A stretch of DNA of 64,000 bases from an uncultured Alphaproteobacteria bacterium (GCA_963838735.1 CAWISG010000004.1:83928-147927), one strand, 5' to 3'; shown: positions 10,382 to 18,437, numbered from the stretch's first letter. Program-made: numbers and translations. The notes: generated from the sequence alone by a model not told the origin.

Positions 10382-10562
10382 GCGGCCATGCCTCCCAACA
10401 TGGGCCGGCCATGACAGATGCCCGACCGGCATCGCCACCTTTGCCCGTACTTGACACGATGCTCAGGAAGCGAACATGATATCATCGTCACATCTGATCG
10501 CGGGTCAAGGGCAAAGTGATATAGGTCCGGTAACTTCGCATCTTGCATTGGGAGAACACGTC

Positions 10563-11333
10563 ATGGATTTCACCGGAAAAACAGCTATCGTTACAGGTGG
10601 CAGCGGCGGGATCGGGCTGGCGGTTGCGCGCGTCCTGCTGGATGGCGGCGCGAATGTCATGCTGGCGGCGCGTGATGCAGGCAAGCTGGCAGACGCTGCC
10701 GCGCAACTCCATGGCGGGGACGCGGTGCAGCACCAGGTTACCGACATTTCCAGCGAGGAGGCCGTCAAGGCACTGGTCGCCGCGACCAAATCCGCCTTCG
10801 GACAGGTCGACATTTTTGTCGCAAATGCAGGGACCGAGGGTACGGTCAAGCCGTTGCTCGATCTGGAGCTGGAGGAATTCTCCTCGGTCCAGCGCATTAA
10901 TGTCGATGGCACCTTTCTGTGCATCAAGCACGGCGCGCTTGCCATGCTTGACAGCGGCGGTGGTGCAATCGTCGTGACGGGTTCTGTCGCCAGCATGGTC
11001 GGCGTGCCCGGCCTTGGTGCCTACACACCCAGCAAGCACGCGGTAGCCGGGCTGGTGCAGGTTGCCGCGCTGGAACTGGCCGAGGCGGGCGTGCGCGTGA
11101 ACGCCGTCGCGCCCGCTCCCATCGACAACGCGATGATGCGCAAGATCGAAAGCATGGTCGCCCCGCCCGAAGCACAGGCCGCCGCGCAAGCCGGGTTCGA
11201 GGCGCTTATCCCGATGAAGCGGTACGGCAAAAACGAGGAAGTGGCGCAGGCCGTCGCCTTCCTCGCCAGCGATGCGGCGTCGTTCGTGAACGGCGCGATC
11301 CTGCCGGTGGATGGCGGTTTCCTCGCTGCATAG
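10563..11333 (+). CDS. SDR family oxidoreductase
   Basis: MDFTGKTAIVTGGSGGIGLAVA after a GGAGAA ribosome-binding site, plus YTPSKHAV active-site motif. Confidence 0.9.
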   Translation: MDFTGKTAIVTGGSGGIGLAVARVLLDGGANVMLAARDAGKLADAAAQLHGGDAVQHQVTDISSEEAVKALVAATKSAFGQVDIFVANAGTEGTVKPLLDLELEEFSSVQRINVDGTFLCIKHGALAMLDSGGGAIVVTGSVASMVGVPGLGAYTPSKHAVAGLVQVAALELAEAGVRVNAVAPAPIDNAMMRKIESMVAPPEAQAAAQAGFEALIPMKRYGKNEEVAQAVAFLASDAASFVNGAILPVDGGFLAA

Positions 11334-11444
11334 GAGGACATGAGACCGCTTGGCGATATGCGCGCGGCCTACCATCATAAGTGTTACCGCCACACACATA
11401 CCAGGCGTTGATAATGATCGGCTTCTTGGGACAGATCGGCACAA

Positions 11445-12488
11445 TCAAAAAGCGTGTTTCACACTGGAATGGTCTTCTACCGCGCGGATTTCCTGGTCGA
11501 TCTGGCCACGGGCTATAGCACCGCCGCATTCGGCGATTGCGTACTTGTCGTTTTCGTTAATTGTTCCGGCAAGCAGAAGTTCGCCGAGCAGCCCGACGCC
11601 TATTAACTGCCCCCCTCCCAGTACGAGTAGCATACCGAAAAGCAAAAGCGGGCGGTCGCCGATGGGGCCAAAACCCAGTGCCCAGAGGCAGCTTAGATAG
11701 CCGATGATTGCGCCGCCCAACAGCAATGCCACAAAGCCAGCCCCCCCGAAAAAATGGAGCGGTCGAGCTCCATATCGCGTGGTTAGCCATACGGTGAGCA
11801 AATCCAATGCGCCCTTGACCAGGCGCTTGCTGCCAAATTTTGATTCCCCAAAGCGCCGCGGCCGATGCTGAACCGCAATCTCGGCCACTTGAAACCCCCG
11901 TGCATGAAGCAGCGCCGGTACGAACCTATGAAGTTCGCCGTACAGATTCAGTTCGGCAAGTGTCTCGCAGCGATAAGCCTTGAACCCGCAATTGTGATCG
12001 TTGAGCTTCAACCCGAATACGCGGTTGACCGCTCCGTTGAATAGCTTGGATGGCAGCGTCTTGTCGACCGGGTCGTTTCGGACCTGCTTCCAGCCCGATA
12101 CCACATCGGCGCCTGCCTCGATTGCTTTGAAGAACTTGCCAAGTTCCGACGGGTTATCCTGCAGGTCGGCGTCCATGCTGAAAACGACATCCCCTCGCGC
12201 CGCTGTAAAACCGGCAGACAGAGCTGCCGACTTCCCGAAGTTGCGGCGGAAGCGCAGGAACGAGACCCGTGAATCGGCCTTTGCGAGTTCCCGCACGATT
12301 TCGCTTCCTTTGTCTTTGCTTCCGTCATCGACAAAGATCAGCTCGAAGCGTTTACCCATCGCCTCGCATTGCTCTACGATTTCGCTGTAAAGCATGTGGA
12401 GGCTTTCGCGCTCGTCAAAAAAAGGAATGACAAAACTGCATTCGGGTTCGAGGTCGAACGTGGCTTCTATGTTTTGTGGAAAAGACAT
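11445..12488 (-). CDS. family 2 glycosyltransferase, polyprenyl-phosphate sugar synthase type (GtrB/ArnC/DPM1-like)
   Basis: VIPFFDERESL...LIFVDDGSKDKGSE and a DAD motif (FSMDADLQD). Two C-terminal hydrophobic helices (FFGGAGFVALLLGGAIIGYL, LLLFGMLLVLGGGQLIGVGLLG). Confidence 0.9.
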   Translation of the reverse strand: MSFPQNIEATFDLEPECSFVIPFFDERESLHMLYSEIVEQCEAMGKRFELIFVDDGSKDKGSEIVRELAKADSRVSFLRFRRNFGKSAALSAGFTAARGDVVFSMDADLQDNPSELGKFFKAIEAGADVVSGWKQVRNDPVDKTLPSKLFNGAVNRVFGLKLNDHNCGFKAYRCETLAELNLYGELHRFVPALLHARGFQVAEIAVQHRPRRFGESKFGSKRLVKGALDLLTVWLTTRYGARPLHFFGGAGFVALLLGGAIIGYLSCLWALGFGPIGDRPLLLFGMLLVLGGGQLIGVGLLGELLLAGTINENDKYAIAECGGAIARGQIDQEIRAVEDHSSVKHAF

Positions 12489-12556
12489 ACGTACGGCTCC
12501 CGTTTAAAGTCCGCTTCGTCGATACGGTCCGGCAGGAAAGAAAACGTTAATTCTAA

Positions 12557-14491
12557 TTGGTAAGGTTTGGCCGGGTGATCCTGACTATCGCCGCAACGCT
12601 TCTGGTTGGGCTTCTTGCCATGGCTCCGGGCTTCGTACTCGTGCACGGAAGAGTGAATGTGCCGGGGCAATATGCGGCTGCGTCCTGTGTATCGCTAACA
12701 GTAGTGTTGCTTGCGACGGCGCTTTTGGGGATGGCTTGGGGAGCACTTACCGGAAGCTCCATTCCGGCCTGGTCAGTCGTTCTGATAGCTTCGGCAGCCC
12801 TCGTAACCTGCATCGCGCTAAGACATGGCAAGTTACGCCCGCCTCTAAAAATAGAGTGGGAGGGGTGCGTACTGGCGCTTGTAATGATCGCTTTCGGCCT
12901 GATTATTCACGCTCTTGCCGTGCAAAACACCGATGATGGTGCGCTGCTTATACATGCATGGTATAATGCAGACTGGTTCAAACACATGGGTCATGTCGCT
13001 AGTTTGCGAAATAGCGGTATTCCGGCGCGCGATATTTTCAACGCGATGGAGCCGCTGCATTATTACTGGCTCAGCTATCTTCTCCCCGCGGCCGGAAGTT
13101 CGCTCGGCGGACACAATTCCGCAGCTCTCATCACCGCTCAGGCAATAATCGTAGGGTTGCTTTGTACGACACTCTACGGAACCTTGCGTGCTACCTTGAT
13201 AACACGCGCGATAGCGTTGGTGGGTGCGATATTGGCGTTCCTGCTCTGCGTTCCGCTCGATGTCTGGTTCGCCATCCTCTCGATAGGTTTCGAAGGTTAC
13301 GTGAACGCGCCTTTGCAACCGAACTTTCCGTCGCTGCTGGCAACGGCACTTTACATACCGCAACATACCCTTGTCCTAACCCTGTTTCTAAGCTGGTTTC
13401 TGCTCGATCGACCAAGCCACTATGCTCCTCGCCTTCTGCGACTGTTTGCGCTTCTCTCGCTAGCCAGTGCGTTAACAGTATCGACGCTCCTGGGAGCCTG
13501 CGTACTCGCGGCTTACGGATTACTGCAATTGTGGCGCCGTGGCGTCAGCAGCGTTGTGGAAGTCGCCTTCATGGCGTTTCTTTCGGCAGCGTTGACGTTC
13601 GCTTTGGGCGTTATCAGCTTGGACAATCCCGCTTCTGCCATCGATAGCCCGCTGCTTACTGATGCTTCGGGATCGGCTTCGCTTGCGACACTAATGCTGC
13701 AACAGGTGTTGAAGGCGATATCGGAAGGCGGCCTCCCCTTGGCGCTGGCACTTGTGATCCTAGTACTATCGCGAAACGACCGTCGTACGTTAGTTGAAAC
13801 CGATGGCCGTAGACTGGCGATTGTGCTTTTGGCCATCGCATTGACAGCCCCCGCGTTGGCCGAAGCGCTGTTGAGCCCGCGTCTAGCTTTCGAACTAAGC
13901 ATCCGCGCCGCCTATCTTTCCGCCATTGCTGTCGCGATCGTCCTGACTTCGGTTTTCGACAAGGCCTGGAGAAACGGCCAAAAGCAGCGATCCCGTGCTC
14001 TGTGCGTGCTTGTCGTTTTAATCGTTATCGCTGCGCCGAGCTTTGTGGCTCTGACGGTTTGGCACGGGAACACAAGCGATAACTTTACTACTGAAGTACC
14101 CGGAGACGATCGGAAGGTTCTAGCGCTAATTTCGCAGCGTGCAGCGCCCAACGACCTGGTTTGGCAATACCCCGAGCCACCCTTTCTCGCCCGTCCCTCT
14201 GGGCGCGATGCATGGGTTGCGACCATCGCCGGAAGGGCTGTTACGGGATCGCTTCGCGCCACCGACTACAAGTTGACGGAGCCGCGTATCGCCGCTGCGC
14301 GCACATTCTATGGTGGTAAGTCTGACATGGAGATCGATGAAGACGTGTCGTGGATATACCTGTCCCGCACCCTGCATCCACTTACCTTCGAACGCCTCGT
14401 CGTTCGAATGCAATCGCAGCAGGGGTGGTCGCAGATTATGTGTTACCCGGATGCCTGCCTGTTCAAGCGCGAACGTAGCGATAGCCCGTAG
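12557..14491 (+). CDS. large polytopic membrane protein, probable GT-C-fold glycosyltransferase
   Basis: 644-aa ORF with 12 or more hydrophobic spans. Acidic first-loop motif AVQNTDDGALLIHAWYNADW. About 140-aa soluble C-terminal domain. The start is uncertain (TTG 12557 or GTG 12575). Confidence 0.6.
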   Translation: MVRFGRVILTIAATLLVGLLAMAPGFVLVHGRVNVPGQYAAASCVSLTVVLLATALLGMAWGALTGSSIPAWSVVLIASAALVTCIALRHGKLRPPLKIEWEGCVLALVMIAFGLIIHALAVQNTDDGALLIHAWYNADWFKHMGHVASLRNSGIPARDIFNAMEPLHYYWLSYLLPAAGSSLGGHNSAALITAQAIIVGLLCTTLYGTLRATLITRAIALVGAILAFLLCVPLDVWFAILSIGFEGYVNAPLQPNFPSLLATALYIPQHTLVLTLFLSWFLLDRPSHYAPRLLRLFALLSLASALTVSTLLGACVLAAYGLLQLWRRGVSSVVEVAFMAFLSAALTFALGVISLDNPASAIDSPLLTDASGSASLATLMLQQVLKAISEGGLPLALALVILVLSRNDRRTLVETDGRRLAIVLLAIALTAPALAEALLSPRLAFELSIRAAYLSAIAVAIVLTSVFDKAWRNGQKQRSRALCVLVVLIVIAAPSFVALTVWHGNTSDNFTTEVPGDDRKVLALISQRAAPNDLVWQYPEPPFLARPSGRDAWVATIAGRAVTGSLRATDYKLTEPRIAAARTFYGGKSDMEIDEDVSWIYLSRTLHPLTFERLVVRMQSQQGWSQIMCYPDACLFKRERSDSP

Positions 14492-15313
14492 GATAGCAAA
14501 CCGAAGCCGGCATCTCCGATAATAGTCATGGCGCGTGTAAGTATTGCTAGGACAGCTAGGTCGGCCAAGGGGGCAAGAGCGCCTGCGAGTAGCAGAAAAG
14601 CGCTTTCGCGTACGCCGATCCCACCAGGCGCAATGGGGACCACGAAGGATAATATCCATGCTGTCATGAAGGCGCCAACAATCAGTGGCGCTGACGACAT
14701 GGACAGGACATCCGCAGCAAGCCAGCAAACGCAAAGTGCAAGCCCTGCGAAAGCGCATAGCTGAAGGCCCGCAGCGCGTAAAAGCGGTTGGCGTCCGGCT
14801 ACCGCCGCAACGGAACCCAGAGCAATAGCCAACATACCCCCGTACGCGCCCCCCAAAACGACGATCGAGGCGCCGGCTATGGCCGCACAAACGATATGCA
14901 GGGCGGCCTCTGAAAATGTCGCACGTAGCATCATTGCGTGGGACCATCCCCGGCGCGCTCCGAGCACATGGCGTGAAGCATACTGAAGCACGGCACCGGG
15001 TACGTATTTTGCGACAACGCCCATACCATAAACCTGGACTGCGACAGACCATTCTACGCGAGCGTCGTCCTGCCGCGGTTATGGACCATGCCTGGGCAAG
15101 CAAGGCCAGCAGACCGACATAGATCGCCCCGGTTGCCAGGATGCCTGCGACACCTTCGGGTCCGACACCATCGAGGGCTTCTTTGAAATCGATCTTCGCA
15201 AAAGCCGCGACCAGATAGGCAATGGCCATGAGCATGAGGGCGTAGCCGCCATAATGCAGCAGTTTGTTCCAAGGTTCGGCCAGTGCTGGACGGGCCTTGG
15301 CCGTGTTAGCCAT
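14443..15313 (-). pseudogene. UPF0104 / MprF-type flippase-like membrane protein, split by a frameshift near 15055-15081
   Basis: The N-terminal 80 or so codons (MANTAKARPALAEPWNKLLHYGGYALMLMAIAYLV...AQAWSITAAG) are in the frame of ORF 14126..15313, which then turns into Arg-rich nonsense. The rest (..VVAKYVPGAVLQYASRHVL...IAPGGIGVRESAFLLL) is in the frame of ORF 14443..15024. Together they give about 290 aa, a normal length for this family. Confidence 0.7.
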
Positions 15314-15956
15314 GTCGGCTTAACAAGCTTGTATGATCGGGATAAGGCACGCAATATGTTCGCCCAAAGAAACGTCGCTCTACCAGTCCGCAGCCTGTAA
15401 TTCCCTGACGATAGCGCGCCCGGCCCGAGTTATCGAACAGGATGAGCCCTCCTGGCCTCAGTTTCTGCACTGCTTGTTGCAGACAGGCGGTTCGCTGCCG
15501 ACCATCGACGATGATAAGGTCGAAATCCCCCTCCACATCGTGAATGGCGTCGACATAATCACCGTTCGTCAGGTCATGCCTCTGAAGCGTAACCTGCGGC
15601 AGGGTAGCTACCCTCTTAGCCACCAACTCATGCCAGTCCGCATCGTGCTCAACAGAGAAGACTTGTCGCGACCGTCGAGCCAGCCAGATCGTGCTCGCGC
15701 CTGATCCCCATTCGAAGGCTCTAGCGTTAGGCCGTGCGCGCAAAAATTTTTCAGCCTCGATGGTTGCCGCCACGTTCCACCACGGCAGATCCAGCCGTAT
15801 CATTTCATCGGCATCGTAAATGGCAAACAGCGATGCGACCCAACGCCGCCAGCCATGAGCATGCGCGCTTCCTGAGCTATGACGCAGGCGGGAAAGCGGC
15901 TGATAATCGCCTAGATGCCGTACGGCCGTAAGATAGTTTGACTTAATGGTCTGCAA
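15306..15956 (-). CDS. class I SAM-dependent methyltransferase
   Basis: Motif I-like FEWGSGASTIWLA and DLIIVDG. TTG start. The stop overlaps the next start by 8 nt (ATGGCTAA). Confidence 0.7.
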   Translation of the reverse strand: MQTIKSNYLTAVRHLGDYQPLSRLRHSSGSAHAHGWRRWVASLFAIYDADEMIRLDLPWWNVAATIEAEKFLRARPNARAFEWGSGASTIWLARRSRQVFSVEHDADWHELVAKRVATLPQVTLQRHDLTNGDYVDAIHDVEGDFDLIIVDGRQRTACLQQAVQKLRPGGLILFDNSGRARYRQGITGCGLVERRFFGRTYCVPYPDHTSLLSRHG

Positions 15957-16064
15957 CGCCCGTCTCCTGTAAAATGGGCGCTACCAAGCAAATATTAACC
16001 AAAGAATAATTAACGTTGCGGCCAGACTAGCACTGTCACGACCAGGGCCACAGAGCCAAGATAG

Positions 16065-16154
16065 TGGCGGAGACGGTGGGATTCGAACCCACGAAAGAGT
16101 TGCCCCTTTACACACTTTCCAGGCGTGCGCCTTCGACCACTCGGCCACGTCTCC
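16065..16154 (-). tRNA. tRNA-Ser (anticodon GGA)
   Basis: 90-nt cloverleaf folded by hand. Acceptor GGAGACG/CGTCTCC, anticodon stem CACGC/GTGTG with loop CTGGAAA, long variable arm, T-arm GTGGG TTCGAAT CCCAC, encoded CCA. Confidence 0.95.
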
Positions 16155-16269
16155 GCAAGCTGCGCGCCCTAGCGGGGCGGTGCGGCCGGTGCAAGGCGTC
16201 GATGCGTGTTCGCATTCGCCAATACGTATCACGTTGCATGCAGCCACCAACATCCCCAACACAGGGCAC

Positions 16270-16677
16270 ATGACCCGGACCTTCGGCATCGCCTGCACGG
16301 CCAATGAAATGGAAGCGATGGCGCGGCGCGCGCTGGCGTGTTTGCCAAGCGCGTTCCGCGAACAGATGCACGACATCGTGTTCGACGTGCAGGATTTCGC
16401 CACGCCGGAGGTGCTGGCCGACCTCGGCATCGACCACCCGTTTGCGCTGACCGGCCTTTACGAAGGCGAGCCGCTGACCGAACGCAGCATCGAGCATTCC
16501 GGGCGGATGCCGCCGCGCGTCTTCCTCTATCGCCGCCCCATCTTGGACGAATGGGCCGAACGCGGCGACGAGACGCTGGAGCATCTCGTGGCGCATGTCG
16601 TCATCCACGAGATCGGGCACCATTTCGGCCTGTCGGACGAAGACATGCACGCGCTGGAGGAACAGGTGACGGAATAA
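16270..16677 (+). CDS. small zincin-like metallopeptidase family protein
   Basis: HEIGHHFG zinc-binding motif near the C-terminus. Start chosen at MTRTFGIA. Confidence 0.8.
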   Translation: MTRTFGIACTANEMEAMARRALACLPSAFREQMHDIVFDVQDFATPEVLADLGIDHPFALTGLYEGEPLTERSIEHSGRMPPRVFLYRRPILDEWAERGDETLEHLVAHVVIHEIGHHFGLSDEDMHALEEQVTE

Positions 16678-16704
16678 GGGGACCGTTTGTCCCGCGCTCA
16701 ATAA

Positions 16705-16799
16705 CCGTTCGTCCTGAGCTTGTCGAAGGATCGTATTGTCATTTTAGCACGACCTGCAAAGCGAAGGGCAACCCCCTTCGACAAGCTCAGGGCGAACGG
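16705..16799. repeat. REP/MITE-like palindromic element (25-bp arms, 45-nt spacer)
   Basis: 16705-16729 CCGTTCGTCCTGAGCTTGTCGAAGG is the reverse complement of 16775-16799 with one mismatch (24/25). Confidence 0.8.
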
Positions 16800-16841
16800 A
16801 TCGGGTTTGATAACGCCGCAAATGCTGGCAGACAGGACGCC

Positions 16842-17867
16842 ATGAAACACGTTATCGCTGCCACCGCCGCACTCGTCCTCGCCACGTCCGCCACTGCGCA
16901 GGACGGCCCCGCCCCCAGCCCCAACACAATCGTCGCCGGTGCGTCGCAAGCCGAATGGATCGCCATCGCACCCGACGACCTGCTGGTCATGACCCTTGCC
17001 CCCGACCGCGACGGCAATGTGCGCCGGGTCGTCATCCAGCTCATGCCTGCGCCCTTCTCGCAAGGGTGGGTAAAGAACATCCGCACCCTCGCCCGCGCGC
17101 AATGGTACGACGGCACCAGCATTAACCGCGTGCAGGACAATTACGTCGTTCAGTGGGGCGATGTTGACGGCGAGGATGCGGCTAAGGCCAAACCTCTGCC
17201 GGAGGGGCTACAGGTTATGGGGGAAGACGAATATGCTCGAAGCGATGCCGTAAAACTTTTCGACGTGGTATGGGGGCAGTTGGGTTGGCGGTCGTCGAGT
17301 GAAATAGTACAATCTATTAGAACGCAGCTAGGTCCTCGCGCTGATTTTGACGATGCTTATAGCGCGACCGTTGGGTTTCATTCTGGTTTTCCGTTCGGAC
17401 AGTCGAGCGAAATACGGCACCAGTCAGACGCTATGTATATAAGAACGGCCGATGCTTGGCCCGTCCACTGCTACGGCATGGTGGGCGTCGGGCGTAGCTA
17501 TTCGCCTGACACTGGCAGTGGAGCCGAACTCTACACCGTGATTGGCCACGCACCGCGCCACCTCGACCGGAACACCGCGCTAGTCGGGCGAGTGATCGAG
17601 GGGATCGAGCATTTGTCCAGCCTGCCGCGCGGCACTGGCGAACTGGGCTTCTATGAAAGCGCCGACGAGCGCGTGACGATCGAGAGCATCCGCATGGGTA
17701 CCGAAGCCGAGGTCGCGCCGTTCGAATATCTTGACACCGAGAGCGCAACCTTCGCGCGCTATGCCGAAGCGCGTGCCAACCGTCGCGATCCGTTCTTCAT
17801 CGTACCAGCTGGCGGGGCGGATATCTGCAATATCCCGGTGCCGGTGCGGCGGGTCGATGCGCAGTAA
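16842..17867 (+). CDS. secreted cyclophilin-type peptidylprolyl isomerase
   Basis: Signal peptide MKHVIAATAALVLATSATAQ. Cyclophilin-like INRVQDNYVVQWGD and LVGRVIEGIEHL. Confidence 0.75.
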   Translation: MKHVIAATAALVLATSATAQDGPAPSPNTIVAGASQAEWIAIAPDDLLVMTLAPDRDGNVRRVVIQLMPAPFSQGWVKNIRTLARAQWYDGTSINRVQDNYVVQWGDVDGEDAAKAKPLPEGLQVMGEDEYARSDAVKLFDVVWGQLGWRSSSEIVQSIRTQLGPRADFDDAYSATVGFHSGFPFGQSSEIRHQSDAMYIRTADAWPVHCYGMVGVGRSYSPDTGSGAELYTVIGHAPRHLDRNTALVGRVIEGIEHLSSLPRGTGELGFYESADERVTIESIRMGTEAEVAPFEYLDTESATFARYAEARANRRDPFFIVPAGGADICNIPVPVRRVDAQ

Positions 17868-17877
17868 GGGCGAAGAA

Positions 17878-17955
17878 ACCCCTCCACCAGCTTCGCTAGT
17901 CCCCTCCTCCATTTGCAATGATGAGGGGGACCATCCGTCAGGATGGTGGAGGGGT
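17878..17955. repeat. nested GC-rich palindromic element
   Basis: The outer 12-bp arms ACCCCTCCACCA (17878-17889) and TGGTGGAGGGGT (17944-17955) are exact reverse complements. There is an inner imperfect stem GTCCCCTC / GAGGGGGAC. Confidence 0.6.
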
Positions 17956-18182
17956 CTTCTACCGAAATAAGGGTGACGAAGGTTACACCGTGTCACCTTT
18001 GCCATCCCTAATTACTGTATGCAATTCAAAAACTTGGAGGCATTCTCGTAAAAGGCGACACGTCCAGGCGGGGCTCGAAACCGCTATTTGTAACCGGCGG
18101 GGGCGGACATCCGGTTTCACTCTACGGCTCTAACTTGTCCTGAGTAGGAAAACGCTTTCCCGCGCCGCTCGCGCCATCTGTT

Positions 18183-18368
18183 CGCTCGCAAAGGCGCAGG
18201 GGCACGGAGGGGTTGCGCTTTGCTCTAGCCTCGTACCGTTTGCCTCGAGCGAAGAGAGAACCGTCTGCGGCGCAGCCGCCTTCAAACTGTGCTCTTACGC
18301 TTTATGCTCGCGCAGGATTTAATAGGCTTGCGGCGCACCCCCTCCGCGCCATTGCGCCTCTGCGAGCG
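18183..18368. repeat. inverted pair of a 36-nt repeat (MITE-like)
   Basis: 18183-18218 matches the reverse complement of 18333-18368 at 31/36 positions (CGCTCGCA[A/G]AGGCGCA..GGC.CGGAGGGG.TGCGC). Confidence 0.6.
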
Positions 18369-18437
18369 CCCCTACGACACCGCGTTGGATTGCCGCGCTA
18401 CGCTCGCAATAATGGGAAGGGTAGAAACAAGTCCCCG

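Noticed and set aside
12542-12554. The 13-mer AAACGTTAATTCT is shared with 57819-57831.
   Set aside because: Dozens of 13-mer coincidences are expected in 64 kb on two strands. There is no extended similarity around either copy and no GGAAC at promoter distance.
11334-16064. Classical integrative genomic island at tRNA-Ser, with integrase and att direct repeat.
   Set aside because: No integrase-like ORF is present, and I found no copy of the tRNA 3-prime segment (GGATTCGAACCC..) near 11.3 kb. Only the composition shift and the tRNA adjacency remain.
17960-18180. Possible housekeeping ncRNA (SRP RNA, tmRNA piece, RNase P, 6S) in the long convergent spacer.
   Set aside because: None of the conserved cores I can recall (GGAAGGCAGC-type SRP motif, GAGGAAAGUCCGG of RNase P, tRNA-like tmRNA end) is present on either strand.
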